Assembly (NCBI GenBank): GCA_002633005.1
Contig: NMRA01000541.1
Coordinates: forward strand, 62,001-126,000
DNA length: 64,000 nucleotides
From: Phoronis australis
Taxonomy: Eukaryota > Animalia > Phoronida
Direction of reading: 5' to 3'
Below the pieces are notes generated by a model, which ran no database searches, was not told where the DNA came from, and was given only the letters and a program-made list of their open reading frames with translations. The translations under genes and the position numbers were made by a program. Shown here piece by piece: positions 34,300-46,734 of this stretch (the first letter of the stretch is position 1; each line of letters opens with the position of its first letter).

Positions 34300-37200
34300 T
34301 GTTCTACGTGTTTGGCGCGAAAATAAAAAAACATGCTTCTATCGCCACCCCCCCTCCCCGAATTTTCCATATTCTAATGAGTCACCACTCGAGATTTGGT
34401 TCCGTTTCACACCTACAATCGCAGAATAATTCTTCTGTGCTCAGCTGTAAGATGAAATACAAGTTTCTGAAACGGTGTCCAATCTTAAAAAAAGTTTCCA
34501 GCATGAGAGCGCTTTATCAGAAATGCCAAGCACACGCAGCGTTGTAAGAAAGAGACGTTGGCGTTTCCGCATGTCAAAGTGTGTACAAATTTGTTCATTT
34601 CGCTTTTCTACACTGACTAATATGGTCAACACGGTGTTTTAAAAACGTCCACTTTCGACGGCATTTTCAAAACTAAATGTTTGGTTGATGAATTTAGCCT
34701 ACGGGCAGAGAAAGGTATCGTTGCGTTTTCAAATATTTCAGAGCATGAGCCGGAGGACTACCTCAGAAAGAAAATTAAACCAAATACCAAACATAAGCTT
34801 GTCCAAAGAAAAATTATATAGCTCTTGAAAACGGTTACCCCGAAGAAATGTGGAAAATACGAACGTCGTTTATGGAATGTCGTACCAGAATGATTCGTTG
34901 CAGTGGAGACGCCACGGCATATTAAAAACACTGTGTTGTGCACTTTAGTTAGCTGAATGGAAAGCTGAAGCGGAAAAAAACAGAACACACAATTTCTTTT
35001 CAGGAACTGAAATATCTGTAGAATCAAAAACAATTGGCAACCAGGATTTAATGCGTCAGAAAACTTATCACGCCAGAAGAGAATTGTTTTCATTCTCGGA
35101 GAGTACTTGATCGCCCATTATGCAATGATGACAATCCAGTGTGTACCTAAACATTGGCATCTATTGTAAAACGTGGATTAGACGAAAGAAATTTAACAGC
35201 ATTTCCAAGATAATATGTCTGTCGTCGGCGAGAGGTTGAACACTTAGCCCTTGTTTATACGAATAGTACGGACACTAACGGCACTTTGAAGGATCAATGC
35301 TTGGGGATGGTGACGTGGTGTCCTGCCGTGAAAAGTTACTGACATGGGAAGTTTTTGAACAAGACTTATTAACTTTTCAGTTCGGTCGTATTTTATTATG
35401 ATCCTGAATTGAAGAATTTTTGGTCCTCACGTGATAAATTATAGGTGCTGATGTGATAAATTTTTATTCTTGACGTGACGCATTTTGGTCTTGATTTGTT
35501 TTTTGGTCTTCTGTGTGAAAACAATCTCAATGTATTGGATTGTTTTAATTCTTGCTGAAGTAGAAGTTCTGGTTTTTAGATCTTTATTTTTGGTCCTGGA
35601 GAGTTAACATGTTTTGCTTGGTTTTAATCTTGCATAGAAAATATAAGCCGTTAAATGTTTCCACTTAGGCCTTCGATCAATGTTTGAGAGCAGGTTGTAT
35701 AGCATCTTACCTTGTAACTTCTAATATATATCTGGGTGTTTGTGATTTAGCAATACTATGAAAAATGAGTAGTTATGACTATGAAAAATGAGTAGTTGTG
35801 GCTTCCTTTGAAATATTGTATCCTTTGTATATGCCTGGTGTAGAAGTCTCAGTGTGATATTATGAAAGCCTTATTATACTCTATGGCTGAACAACTATGT
35901 TTCTTCATTTATGCCTGTTATAGAGGTACTCCCAGGATCATCAAGCATGTTTATGTTTTTATTCTAATGAGGTGTGCTTCGAATCTACAATTAGTAATCA
36001 TACTTTTGCAGTGGTTCATAACAAACGGATTCATTAAACCCAGTAAATATTTTTGCAACTGCCGATCTGGTTATTAGACATGCATATTGCATCATACCTC
36101 ATCAAGGTAAAACTTGTTATCAATCATAGTAGAATCAATTATTTTTATCATTACCACAAGACGTTAACAAACGCAGTCAGTGTCTGTAACTGTTGTGTCT
36201 ACATTGCTGATGAATAAACTTGGGTCTAAATCCATTTTTATAACACTGATTCATGCCAAAGGTTTGAAATTGCGCCACCCTTAAGAGTGTTGACTTGCCC
36301 TGGTGATCACTAGAATTGATGCAATAAACTTATAGAAGTTGTTTTTCACCTGTGTAATAGAACGGAAAATTGTGTGCGTTTTCGTTTGCGGGAGTGTTAT
36401 TTTTTAGTCACTGGGTTAATATTTTTTACGCTCTACATGAAAACACAGACTACTGTCTTTAGGATTACATGTACCAAGTTACCCGAAATACTGTTTTCAG
36501 AGTTTTACCCCTTGGAGTATACGCAAAACGCCAAGTGTTGTGTTCTTACGCAGAAGGGCTCGGAAGGCTCTAGCCTTGGTGCGAAGCTGTTTACTAAATT
36601 AGATATACAAATTTGCGCCGTTGTGGGTAAAAACTGACCTAATAAAATCTTCCTAGAGTAATCTAAATTATTTACCAGCGTTGCAAAAATTGGTTTTCTA
36701 CAATCATTCTGCTGCTAAAGTTCTGGTGTGATCTTTTGCGTCGATTTCCGACGCAGTGAAATATTGCGTCACCTATTAGTCAGTTTCTTTTTCCCAGATT
36801 CTTCTATCAAACGTTCTCCCCCGAGATTGCGTAAACGTCTCAACAAATGATCAGAATTGTTTTCACTTCATTATGTTTTTTGGAATTTTGATAGCAGTAA
36901 ACCGATTTTAGAACAAATTTTGCTGAGATGTTTTCATCAAATAAAGGGACATGTCGAAAACATTTTTGGAAGTGGCGCGTGTCCCGAATGAACTTTATTC
37001 AAAACGACGACATACGCTTTTACGTTACAAAAGTCAGATAATTACGCAAGAAGATTAGGTCGGATGTTTTTCGCTTAAACGGCCGTAAGGGGCAAGTTGA
37101 ATGTCAATTGACATCCAGAATTTGCATGTACACCCGCCGGTCTTAAGCTTATGTTAATACAAGCTTCACGACGAGGTGACGAGCGTAACTATCTGGGTTG

Positions 37201-38176
37201 TGTTTGAAATTTCGAGGTCTGATTGAGCTCAATACACTGGCACCTTGCTGTATTTTGAAAATAGTCTTCATTCAGCTAACTGGCTAGATAGGAAGACTCT
37301 AGCTTCGAAACGATTTTTACTGCGAAAGTGACAACAAATTCAGAATGGTGATTGATGATGGATGACACTATAGACCGATCAAGTTCTACCGTTTTCATGC
37401 TCCCATGATCTAAATGTCTGCGCTATTTTCAAACCATTGTTTATTTTGTTCCTAAAATAAACTTGGGTTCTATAGCTGTAACAGCATTTTAAGAACTTAT
37501 ACAGAAATAAACAATTATTATCTGTGGTAAAGCGCAATATACAGCGTGATGAAGTGATGATCAAGAGCAATAACAGATGACCGCAAATGCGTGCTGTTTG
37601 TTGAGCATTCCGCGTTCTGAAAACACTTGAGTTCGTAAAACATCCAGCGTTGTATTCTGATTTTTATGCAATTTTACTGTAAAATTTTAAATTCGTACTT
37701 GTTTTATGCATAACGTACTATATAAAAAATCTCATATCCAAAGCTAGAAATTATGCTTCCGCGATATCACTTAACGTTTGATTTTACCACGCCGCCATAA
37801 AGTTTTAGGCTGGTGTAATGTCACACACTTCGTATTTGTAGGGTGATTCGATTTTACCTCCTTTCAATAGTTGAACTAAAGTTGACAAACCGATATCAAG
37901 ACCGGAGTTGCCACTGGTGAACGAACAGCGAACAGTTAAATGTTTGTTTGGTCAAAGTTCATCGCCAAGTCATAAAATGGTAATTGCCGACCAAGGACAC
38001 GCTTAATCCGAATTGGTCGTCTACTTAGCCGACCCAAGTGCCGACCACAGAGGCGACTCAGCAGACGGCTCCTAGCCGACCGTTGTTGGTAGGATGCTGG
38101 TCGGCTAGACGACCGGTCGACGGCTGGTCGTCGACCAATTTCCGACCGGTCGGACAAAAATTCGTGATGTGTGCTG
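34300..38176 (+). mobile_element. Element X copy 3, left end missing, right TIR intact
   Basis: Colinear with 10862-14764; ends ..AAAATTCGTGATGTGTGCTG|TA at 38176-78. Confidence 0.93.
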
Positions 38177-38178
38177 TA

Positions 38179-39411
38179 GGTGGTGTACCTGTTTCGGCGG
38201 AGGAAAACGTCTAGCTGGTCGCAATGTGTCGCTCACTGTAAAACTTGAAGTTGACGTGTAGTGCACTGCGCCTGAGAGGGCCATGGAAGAGTCCTCGTCC
38301 ATGCTGACAGAGATCTCTTGGGATAGAGCCGTAAGAGCGCCATTCAGTGTCTAGGATCTTTACCATGGTCTCGTCACACTTGTGCTTTCATACCTCCAGG
38401 GATTTTCTTAAAGATAATGGGCGCAAAGGTCACCATGGTAGTCTTCTGATTTCCCTAGTGACCTCAGTCCCCGAATGTAGGTCTCTAGAGTGTCACGAAA
38501 GTGGCGATCTCTGACAATAGTTGGTTGTGGGGGTTGATTTTCCACAGAGCTTTCATATAAGCATTTACCAACATAGTGGAATTTTCATACCTGCTAGCAA
38601 GCATATCCATGGCGTCTATGTACCTGGTGTTCGTCAGTGGGAGGCCAGTGATGGTACTGGCAGCGTCGGCGGCTATGTGGGCACGCAGGTACTGCCAATT
38701 TTGCACTGGCTCTAGACCAGATTCTGATTCCACAGCAGCAAAAATGAGTCAGCAAACGACAGCCATTTGACGGGGTCTCTAGAGAAAATAGGCAGTTGCA
38801 GCTTGGGTAGTTGTACTGTCCGAGTCGGGTGACTAACAGGTGACGTGGTGGTGGTAGGGGTCGGTAAGGGTGTCTTTGCTTGGGCGAGAAATCTGGTCGC
38901 GTGGAAAATGGTTTCTTAAACAGCGGACATCTGTATTGATGTTGCCGATGGCATCTTCGCCATCAAGCAGGGTGATAATGATGGCATCGCGCATTTCTAG
39001 TTGAGTTCTCTTAATGGCAGTCTGGCTGAGAACCAGCACTAGGTCGGCAACGGGGTCCTATGGGGTGGCACTCATAAAATGGGTGGCACGATCAATGAGC
39101 TTCGCCACGAGTCCTATGTGCACACCGCAAGCTTTCTTCTGATTGGTCTGTTGTGGTTCCATCTTCGCACAGGTCACGGCAGCAAACAATGTCGTAGAAT
39201 AAGTCTACTTCGTAGCAGCGTTATGTTTTGTGGACTGTCTCGGTCAGTCAGTGAGATGGTTGTATGCAGTAACTAAGTGTGGAACACTCAATTACACTAG
39301 TAAGAGCAACTGGCAGCAGCAAAATGAGGACTGTCTTTATTAGACAAGAGAACGGACTTATATACAAGTTACAAGTGTGTGGGTTACATGCACTACACTT
39401 CATTGACGACA
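38179..39411 (-). mobile_element. BEL/Pao LTR retrotransposon 5' part (LTR, PBS, degenerate gag)
   Basis: LTR 39190-39411 with TGTCGT..ACGACA termini and AATAAA; PBS TGCTGCCGTGACC (tRNA-His-like, one mismatch) at 39184-39172; gag QLPKLQLPIFSRDPVKW..QYLRAHI..AASTITGLPLTNTRY (DUF1759-like). Confidence 0.88.
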
Positions 39412-39739
39412 CATTTAATGAATCTTTCTTAGAAACCTTTTATCAATTGAAATCTAATCAATTGCCCGATTATTTTTATGATATATTTTTTTCCAAATCC
39501 TTCAGCCACCTAAAAGTCTTCCTAGAATATCTAGTCAAAAAAATCTTAAACAACTCACCTGCAATAGAAAAAGTTGTGAACATTCATAAAAAGAGGCCTG
39601 AATTGCATGTTTCAGCATTTTAATATGGATTTTGAAAGTATAAAGGTTGATTACTGGCATCTACCTATTCTTAAATAGTACAGATTGTATTTCTTTTTTT
39701 ACTTTGAAAAGTAAAAATTTATTAGTTCCGTAAAGCCCC

Positions 39740-40700
39740 ACAACAAGCGCTGTTTTTCGTGACGTCACTGAGGCTGTACAGCACAAAGAGATACTGGTCA
39801 TTAGCCGTGCGAGTACGTAGTCCAGTTGACGGATCCACATGTTCGTACTCACAACTTTTTTCGTTTTTTCTTTCCTGTGACTTTGACTGATCCTTGGCCT
39901 AGCCAGTCAGCTAGCTGTATTAAGACTAACTTTAAACTACAGCTAGGTACCAGTAGCACTGTGTTTTGAGCTCCGTCAGACTCCGAAATTTCACGTAGCC
40001 CGGGTACTTCTGCTCGTAACCTCGTCGCCGCTGCATTAACATGCGGAGCTATAAACCAGCAGGGGAGCGTACGAAGATCTGGGTGTCAACAGACACTCTC
40101 CTTTCCCACTGGAGCCGTTTAAGTGAAAAACAATCAAGTAAATGTTATTTTATCACATAATTCTCAGCCTTTTGTAACAAAGAAAACAGTACGCTCAACA
40201 CGCCCTATTGGGGAGATGATGACAGCTTTACAGGAGCAATTTTTTATGAAATTCGGTTTCCTGGTATTAAAATACTAAAAACTTGAAAGAAAATGAAATC
40301 AGCTCAAATATTTCGTTGTGACATGTACGCATCAATCGCTTGTTGTACTTTGAAGAACAACTCGGGGAACGAAATTGGCCAATAAGACCGCGCCGGAATA
40401 CGACCTGAAAGAGCCCACCTAAACTTTATCAGCAGAGTGAACGGCAGAACGCCATTGTTTTCAACACCGGTAAATAGGCTAATCTAGTTTACTCAAAGAA
40501 TAGAGTAATTTTTAATGACACTAATATTCTGTCAGATTTTATTTGATCAGTTTTTACCGACGTAGGTGCAACGGCTGTATATTTAATGTGTGTACAGCTC
40601 GCACCAAGGCAAGGCTACGGGGCCCGACTCCCTGACCTGATGCCGAGAACGACATCGTTCCAACAATAGTCAACATTACACGGAAGTAAACTTGTATTAT
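39740..40700 (-). repeat. Diverged inverted relative of an internal segment of X (~13050-13870)
   Basis: Blocks such as ctagccagtcagctagctgt..gagctc..gaaatttcac..agcccgg and tcgcaccaaggc are reverse complements of X blocks at 13760-13852 and 13100-13155. Boundaries approximate. Confidence 0.65.
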
Positions 40701-42360
40701 GAACGTTTGATCAAAACACGAGACCTCACACGATTTACACGCGTTAGTTCTGTAGCCGAGAGGCATTCATCCAATGAGCTATATGCATAATAAGCTAAAT
40801 TTATCTCAGTGCCTTCACGTCAGACGCGCGTTAGCCAATAGGAATTAACATTGGGAAAAACGCTTTTTTTTACAAAAATGCGAAAGAATAACACAGATGT
40901 GATTTCTGATATAGACTTTATTCATCAATTAAAAACATTAAAATTGCTTGTTATTGTACTTCGGGAACCTTTTAATATTTAAAAAACCAAATTCAATACA
41001 CGAATGTATCTTCCGAGATACTTAACAAACGAAATAGATTAAATAGATTAATAGATAGTATAGGTTAAATGTATTATTCATCTATTTAAAAATGCATTCT
41101 AGGCACTTACAATTCGCAGTGCAACATTTTATATCGTTATGCATGTTCCAGTTGAAGTAACTACGATCTACTGTCTTACGTCTTATAGATACACGTATGC
41201 TTTCCTAACCGTGCAGTTTCCCTTGTATCCACAGTCTCTGTGTACAGCTTTTGTAACATACATTTAACTTACATTCTTAAATGAGCTTGCATTGTTTTTT
41301 TCATCGTACGTGTAGTTTTTCTGTTGTTAGTTTTAATGTTCTTCTTCTTTTCAAATTACTCTTACTCAGAGGCCAGTTATTTGCGGTCCAGCCCCTTGCT
41401 GTCCACCCACTCATATAAGAAATGTACCATTTTGTATTATTAAAAAACAAAGTTTAGTTCTCTTTTCCTGTATATTGCGCCAAAGCTATAGGGTAGGTGT
41501 CATTCATGATAGGAACATTTATATCTCCAAAAATTTCATAAATATTCACCGGAAGGCTTTAAAAATACAGCCGAGACCCCGCACGCCGAAAGATGACCGG
41601 ACAGACAATCAAGGATAACGGAATTTATGTGGGCTCATAAAAAGAAAAGCCTAAAAAGGCCTCTTTCTCCCATAAAACCAATCGGTCTGATGCATGTAAC
41701 ATGTCTAACCTTGATTGGATGACATTTGCCTTATAATCCCATGTAGCAGGAAATGGGCTAGTCCGCCAAAATCTAACTTTCGAAATTTGGCAACCACCAT
41801 ACACTCTTGTATTCTAGGCTCACTTTTGATTTGGAGTCTTACTGTTGTTAAGGGAAAAAGAAATTCATCCCAGTACAGAATGTCATGAGACCCAAATAAG
41901 TGTAATAGTCCAAAAACACTTTTCGCTGTTTCCAAGCCTTAACAGGGCAAAACGCAACTTTTAATCTTAACAAACATACATGTACCTGTTAACGTTTCCC
42001 TTTCTGCCTTGGCCCCAAGCAGTTTTTCATCCGAATGACCGGCCCGCAATTGCTCTTCCATTTGCGTCTATAGAAAGAAAGCATGCCATACTTCTGAGAC
42101 AGTTTACATTGGTGTGCTAAGTTTACCACTAGCTGCCGGCGTCACCCGCAGCAATAAGCCACCACGTAGTAAATTTCTGTTGAACAGTCAACCATAGTGT
42201 CTAATAAATATCTGAGGGTATAAGTTCCTTAAGTTGCCGTCACACTTCACAACATTGCTTGACGTTTGCCAACGTGAGGCATTTTTTGGTATTCACTGGC
42301 ATACGTGTACATTTTGTAAGCCTAAGTTGAATAATCGTTGCCTTGAAGTCGTAACAAGCC

Positions 42361-42437
42361 TCATTACTCCAAAGGTTCACTACTCCGAAAGTTCACTACT
42401 CGGAAAGTTCACTACTCCAAATGTTCATAGCTCTGAA
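42361..42437. repeat. 16-bp minisatellite (GTTCACTACTCCGAAA)n, 4-5 units
   Basis: Seen directly. Confidence 0.85.
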
Positions 42438-42879
42438 TGCATGACGAAAGTTCGCCTGTTCTGAGAGTTTTCAGGCCTTTATCATAAACAGTATCTAAGT
42501 ACGTTAAACACCAGGCTATATTGCTGACAGACACATCAGACCCATACTGAAAACCACAACTGACTTGATGGAACTACTTTCCAAGACCAGTTGCATTGAA
42601 TAAACAATCTGAGGGATATGACTCAAACACAGTTTATAGCAATGACAAGCTTTTTTGTGGTAACGTGAACAGAAGGAATCATATAACTGAACCATTGAGA
42701 CAACTGAAGACACGAAATACCTATTTTAACAATACACTCAGAATCTCAGTATTTTTATGCAGATGTTAATCAAAGCATTGACCTACGTAATTGAAGAGAC
42801 TCCCAAACCTACTGATCAAACCAGACCCAGGAAGGCCAAGAGATAACAATGAACTCAAGTACAACTTGTAGTTCTACTG

Positions 42880-43115
42880 CGGAGGCGGATCTACGGGGAG
42901 GGGTTCATGGGGTTCAAACCCCCCCCCCCAGGGACATGATTAAAAATAAAAAATTAAAAAATTGATGTCAGGAAAACAAAATCAAATATTAAGAAACAAA
43001 AAAATCTTATACGGGTGGGGTGAAACACCCTCCCGACCTTCGCTCCGCTCGGCGTTACGCGCCTCAAATTCACGCAAATCCCAACCCTCGCTCCCTTAAC
43101 GTAGATCTGCCACTG
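42880..43115 (+). mobile_element. GC-rich MITE (CRGAGGCGGATCTAC..GTAGATCTGCCACTG), same family as 50414-50650
   Basis: 15-bp TIRs; interior matches the reverse complement of 50414-50650; no TSD visible. Confidence 0.8.
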
Positions 43116-45756
43116 CTCAATAACAACTAAGCTTATGTAAAATAAAAAACAAATATTTTTCTTCATCACAGCCTGTTTATTCAAGAAAGACTGACAAACA
43201 TCTGATGAGAGGCAATTAGAATCAAAGTTCCAGGAACTGAACACATTGTCAAACTTTAACACCCAGCAGACCCGCTGAGAATAATTAAAAGAACATGGAT
43301 CCAGAAGAACGATAATCATTCATTTAGAAGTATAATAGTGCAGAAATGAACATAAGAAGGTGAATTAGAGTATAAACCACATAGAAGCAGTTATAAACTG
43401 GTGTACACACAGATATCAGTTTTAGGACAATCAATTAATGTTCAGAAGGCCACAGGAATAAAGGAATTGTTTATAAATTTTAACTTGGTTTACTCTCAGA
43501 TAGACTAAACAACAGAGGTTTGCCAAACAAGCACATTCATTCACTGAATGAATTTTTAGCAGTTACATGTATAAGAATATTTTCAACCACACGAAGTTAA
43601 CAGCGATATTTTTCCTTACGTGTAAATGCTTTTAAAAGACATTATAAAACAAAACGTCCATCATAGTATCGCTCACGAATAAAGAAAATGTGTTCGCCTT
43701 CGAGCAGTCAAATTCTGCTCATATTTAATTTTAGTCTGATTTGGGTCCCCGAAAGCCAGTACATAGAAATATGCTGGGAACAGGACAACACCAATCACCA
43801 CAGCTGGAGATTGTAAGCTCCGCTGTTCCTGTTTAGGTAACGCTCATCATTTTTTCATTCTGTTGTATTTTAACCGAAATCACTCCTGCGAAGTCAGAAA
43901 GCAGCTACCACTTTTTCTGCCACATGTGTTAATGATCTTCTTGTCTCTTGTAATGCTTTATGAATGAACCTCAGACCAGCATGTTTACTACAAAAATAAA
44001 CAAAACATCGTGTGAATACTGGGACATAGAATTTGCTCATATAAAACAATACAAGTTGACACAGACAATTACCGCCTGAAATCTGTTAGCTAAATAGTAC
44101 TATGCTACGTGCTACATTAAAAGTAATTTTAAAATGAACATGGATTTCATGAGAGCATTCAATAAAGAAACAACTTGGTAACAACAACGATAATTTCAAA
44201 AACATCCCTGGCAGCAACATATGGCTGAGGGATTTTAGAGTGATGACAGGAAGATCAATGGACCAAAAACGAACTCAAACAAATGAAAAGTTACAACAAC
44301 ATTACACGGTTGTGCTGCACAAGTTAGATGTTGATGAGAATATTCTGGCTCCGTCTTAAGAGGCATTATCTGAGGAAACCTGCAGAGGTCGGCGGAGGCA
44401 ACTTAAAACTCATGGATTTTGTCAATGGGGTTTTATTAAGGATACCAAACAATAAAATAAAAACTTATTTTAAAAATACAAAAAATGTTTTTGTATGGAT
44501 TACAGCACATCCAATATTCCCATGTATTCCAATGGGGAAATTGGTAGTAAGTGTGGAATTTCAAGAAGGGTTTTATTAGAAAGTGGTTCCTAACTTTTTT
44601 CAAGTGAGATATTTTCTACTATCAAAATAAGGTAAAATAAAAATATTCCATCGTCAAATCTGTGGGAGTTTTTTCACAGTTCCTGTGAAATGCCGCTTAA
44701 TGCGCAGAATTTTGGGCAATTCTATGAAGCTCTCCAGCATTGGAGGTAAAAGTGAACAGTTTACGAAAACCGGATAGCGTCTGTTTGTACAGCGATTTCC
44801 TTCGAAATTTGGCTCTTATTTATGTACGGATACATGGTATTTATTTAATAATTAGTATAACAATGTTTATTTGTTGTTTTCACTTCGCGTAGAATCGGTT
44901 GCTGTTAATACAATAGCACTAAGCAGTTTTAAGTGATCATTAGCAGGCCCCCCAGACTCGATTTCCTAGTCAATCGACGAAAGTAGCGATTGTGTTTGAA
45001 ATTTTTGCTACATGTAGTATGATAATGTATTAAGCAATTTCAAATATTCACTCCTTCAACTGGCTATCATTTCAAGAACTGGGTCGTGTACGGTGATTCC
45101 CTCATAAGTCGACGTAACGTAGGCTTAACAAAAGGTAGCCTTGGTACAAAGCCAGCTGACTAGGCTGGCTAAATAAAAGCCAACGGTTCAGTCAAGGTGA
45201 CGTTTTGATATACATGTACGTCTTTTGGATAATGGAGTAGAATTTTTGACAATATTCAGTACAAAATTGGCAAAAGAATAAAATTGCTAAAGGGGAGGGG
45301 GGCACATTTTGCCAATTAGATTTGTTGCCACAACGTGAGCAAAATACAAATAATTCTTTACACAATATCCAAATATCAAGGAATTTGTATCACAACTACA
45401 CACTTCAGTGCAAGTTGTCGAATGCAGAATAATATTCACTTTCTATGCAGAAGATTCAGTTACACAAGTTATGAAATCTATAGAGAGTTTTGAAAAAGTC
45501 GCCGACTATGAAAAAGTGTTCTGTGAACAATTAAATCATTGTATACCATTATGCACAACCCCAAAAATCGCTCCAGAGTTTTTGCTTATTTAATAGTAAG
45601 ACACTGGAGTACCCACAATAAGAATCGTCAATGTAAATTCAAAGCTGCACGCCACCAAGAACAATGTGCTTTCGGTTTCAATTTTATAGAACACCTGAAT
45701 TTATAATCACTATTGCCCATCAACAGGGACTCCACATTATTTTTAAAGGTTACTTT

Positions 45757-46064
45757 CATTGGCGGATCTAGTATACCATAATTAAGGGGGGTCTAGATGT
45801 TGCCTCGGAGAATTAATTGGAAATAGCCCAATCATATGCACAGGCGGCCCGAAAAGAAGTTGTGCGGGCTGGCGATGTGGACCCTGGTGTACCCAAATTC
45901 TATCGGACTAAAATAAAACGGGAACATGGTTCCGCCGCGCTCTACCCCCCTTGCCATTCCAAATTGGTGCACTCGATATTTCTTCACGCTGCCACTGTTT
46001 AATTTTCCTTGCACCAGCCAGAAGGGGCGTCCCCCCTGCTCCCCCCACAAAAAATCCGCCTATG
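45757..46064 (+). mobile_element. MITE CATTGGCGGAT..ATCCGCCTATG with 5-bp TSD (acttt)
   Basis: acttt on both flanks; same family as 61834-62115. Confidence 0.85.
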
Positions 46065-46734
46065 ACTTTAATGCCTGAAACATTTGAGTTTTCCATCTCA
46101 CATCAGATTATAATGTTCTACCATCCTTTTTTTCCAGTTTCACTGGGCAGAAAATAATCGTACATGCCGATCATTATGAGTCTCTAAGTTCAGTAATGGG
46201 CAATGGTTTTGTAATAAAATAAATATTGAAAAGGTCTCTCAATATTGGTATCGAACAAACATGACTGTGTGTTTATTTTGCAATAACTCCCACTACATTA
46301 TTGAAATGGCGTTACAAAGGAAAAATTCAATGTATTTTAGAATTAAGATGACAGAACAGAAACAATAAGTTTCCTCACATGTTAAATAGTCTATGGTGAC
46401 CTTGGTACCATGAAACATGATCCAGTTACGCATATCATTGTCTTACTTGTGGATTGTCTGTCTAGTAGTCATTATGTCCTTAATAGAACAACATCTAACT
46501 CTGAACAGAGCGTGCCATTCTATGAAAAGAGGTCATTAAACTGCAAGAATCTAAAGACAATGAATGCAAATAATAAATAAAAAATTTGGTCGTATGCAAA
46601 AAAATCGAATGTCTATTATGATCAGGTAACTTTATTATCCAAATATCCCTAAAACAAATGAATATTAATTATCACATCAATAAAAATGAAATGAAACCAA
46701 ATAACGTATTACTATCCCTAAAATGTCACAAGGA

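Noticed and set aside
45330-45593. Open frame QYPNIKEFVSQLH..EFLLI as a coding remnant
   Set aside because: No motif recognised and no clear splice sites; cannot be supported by eye.
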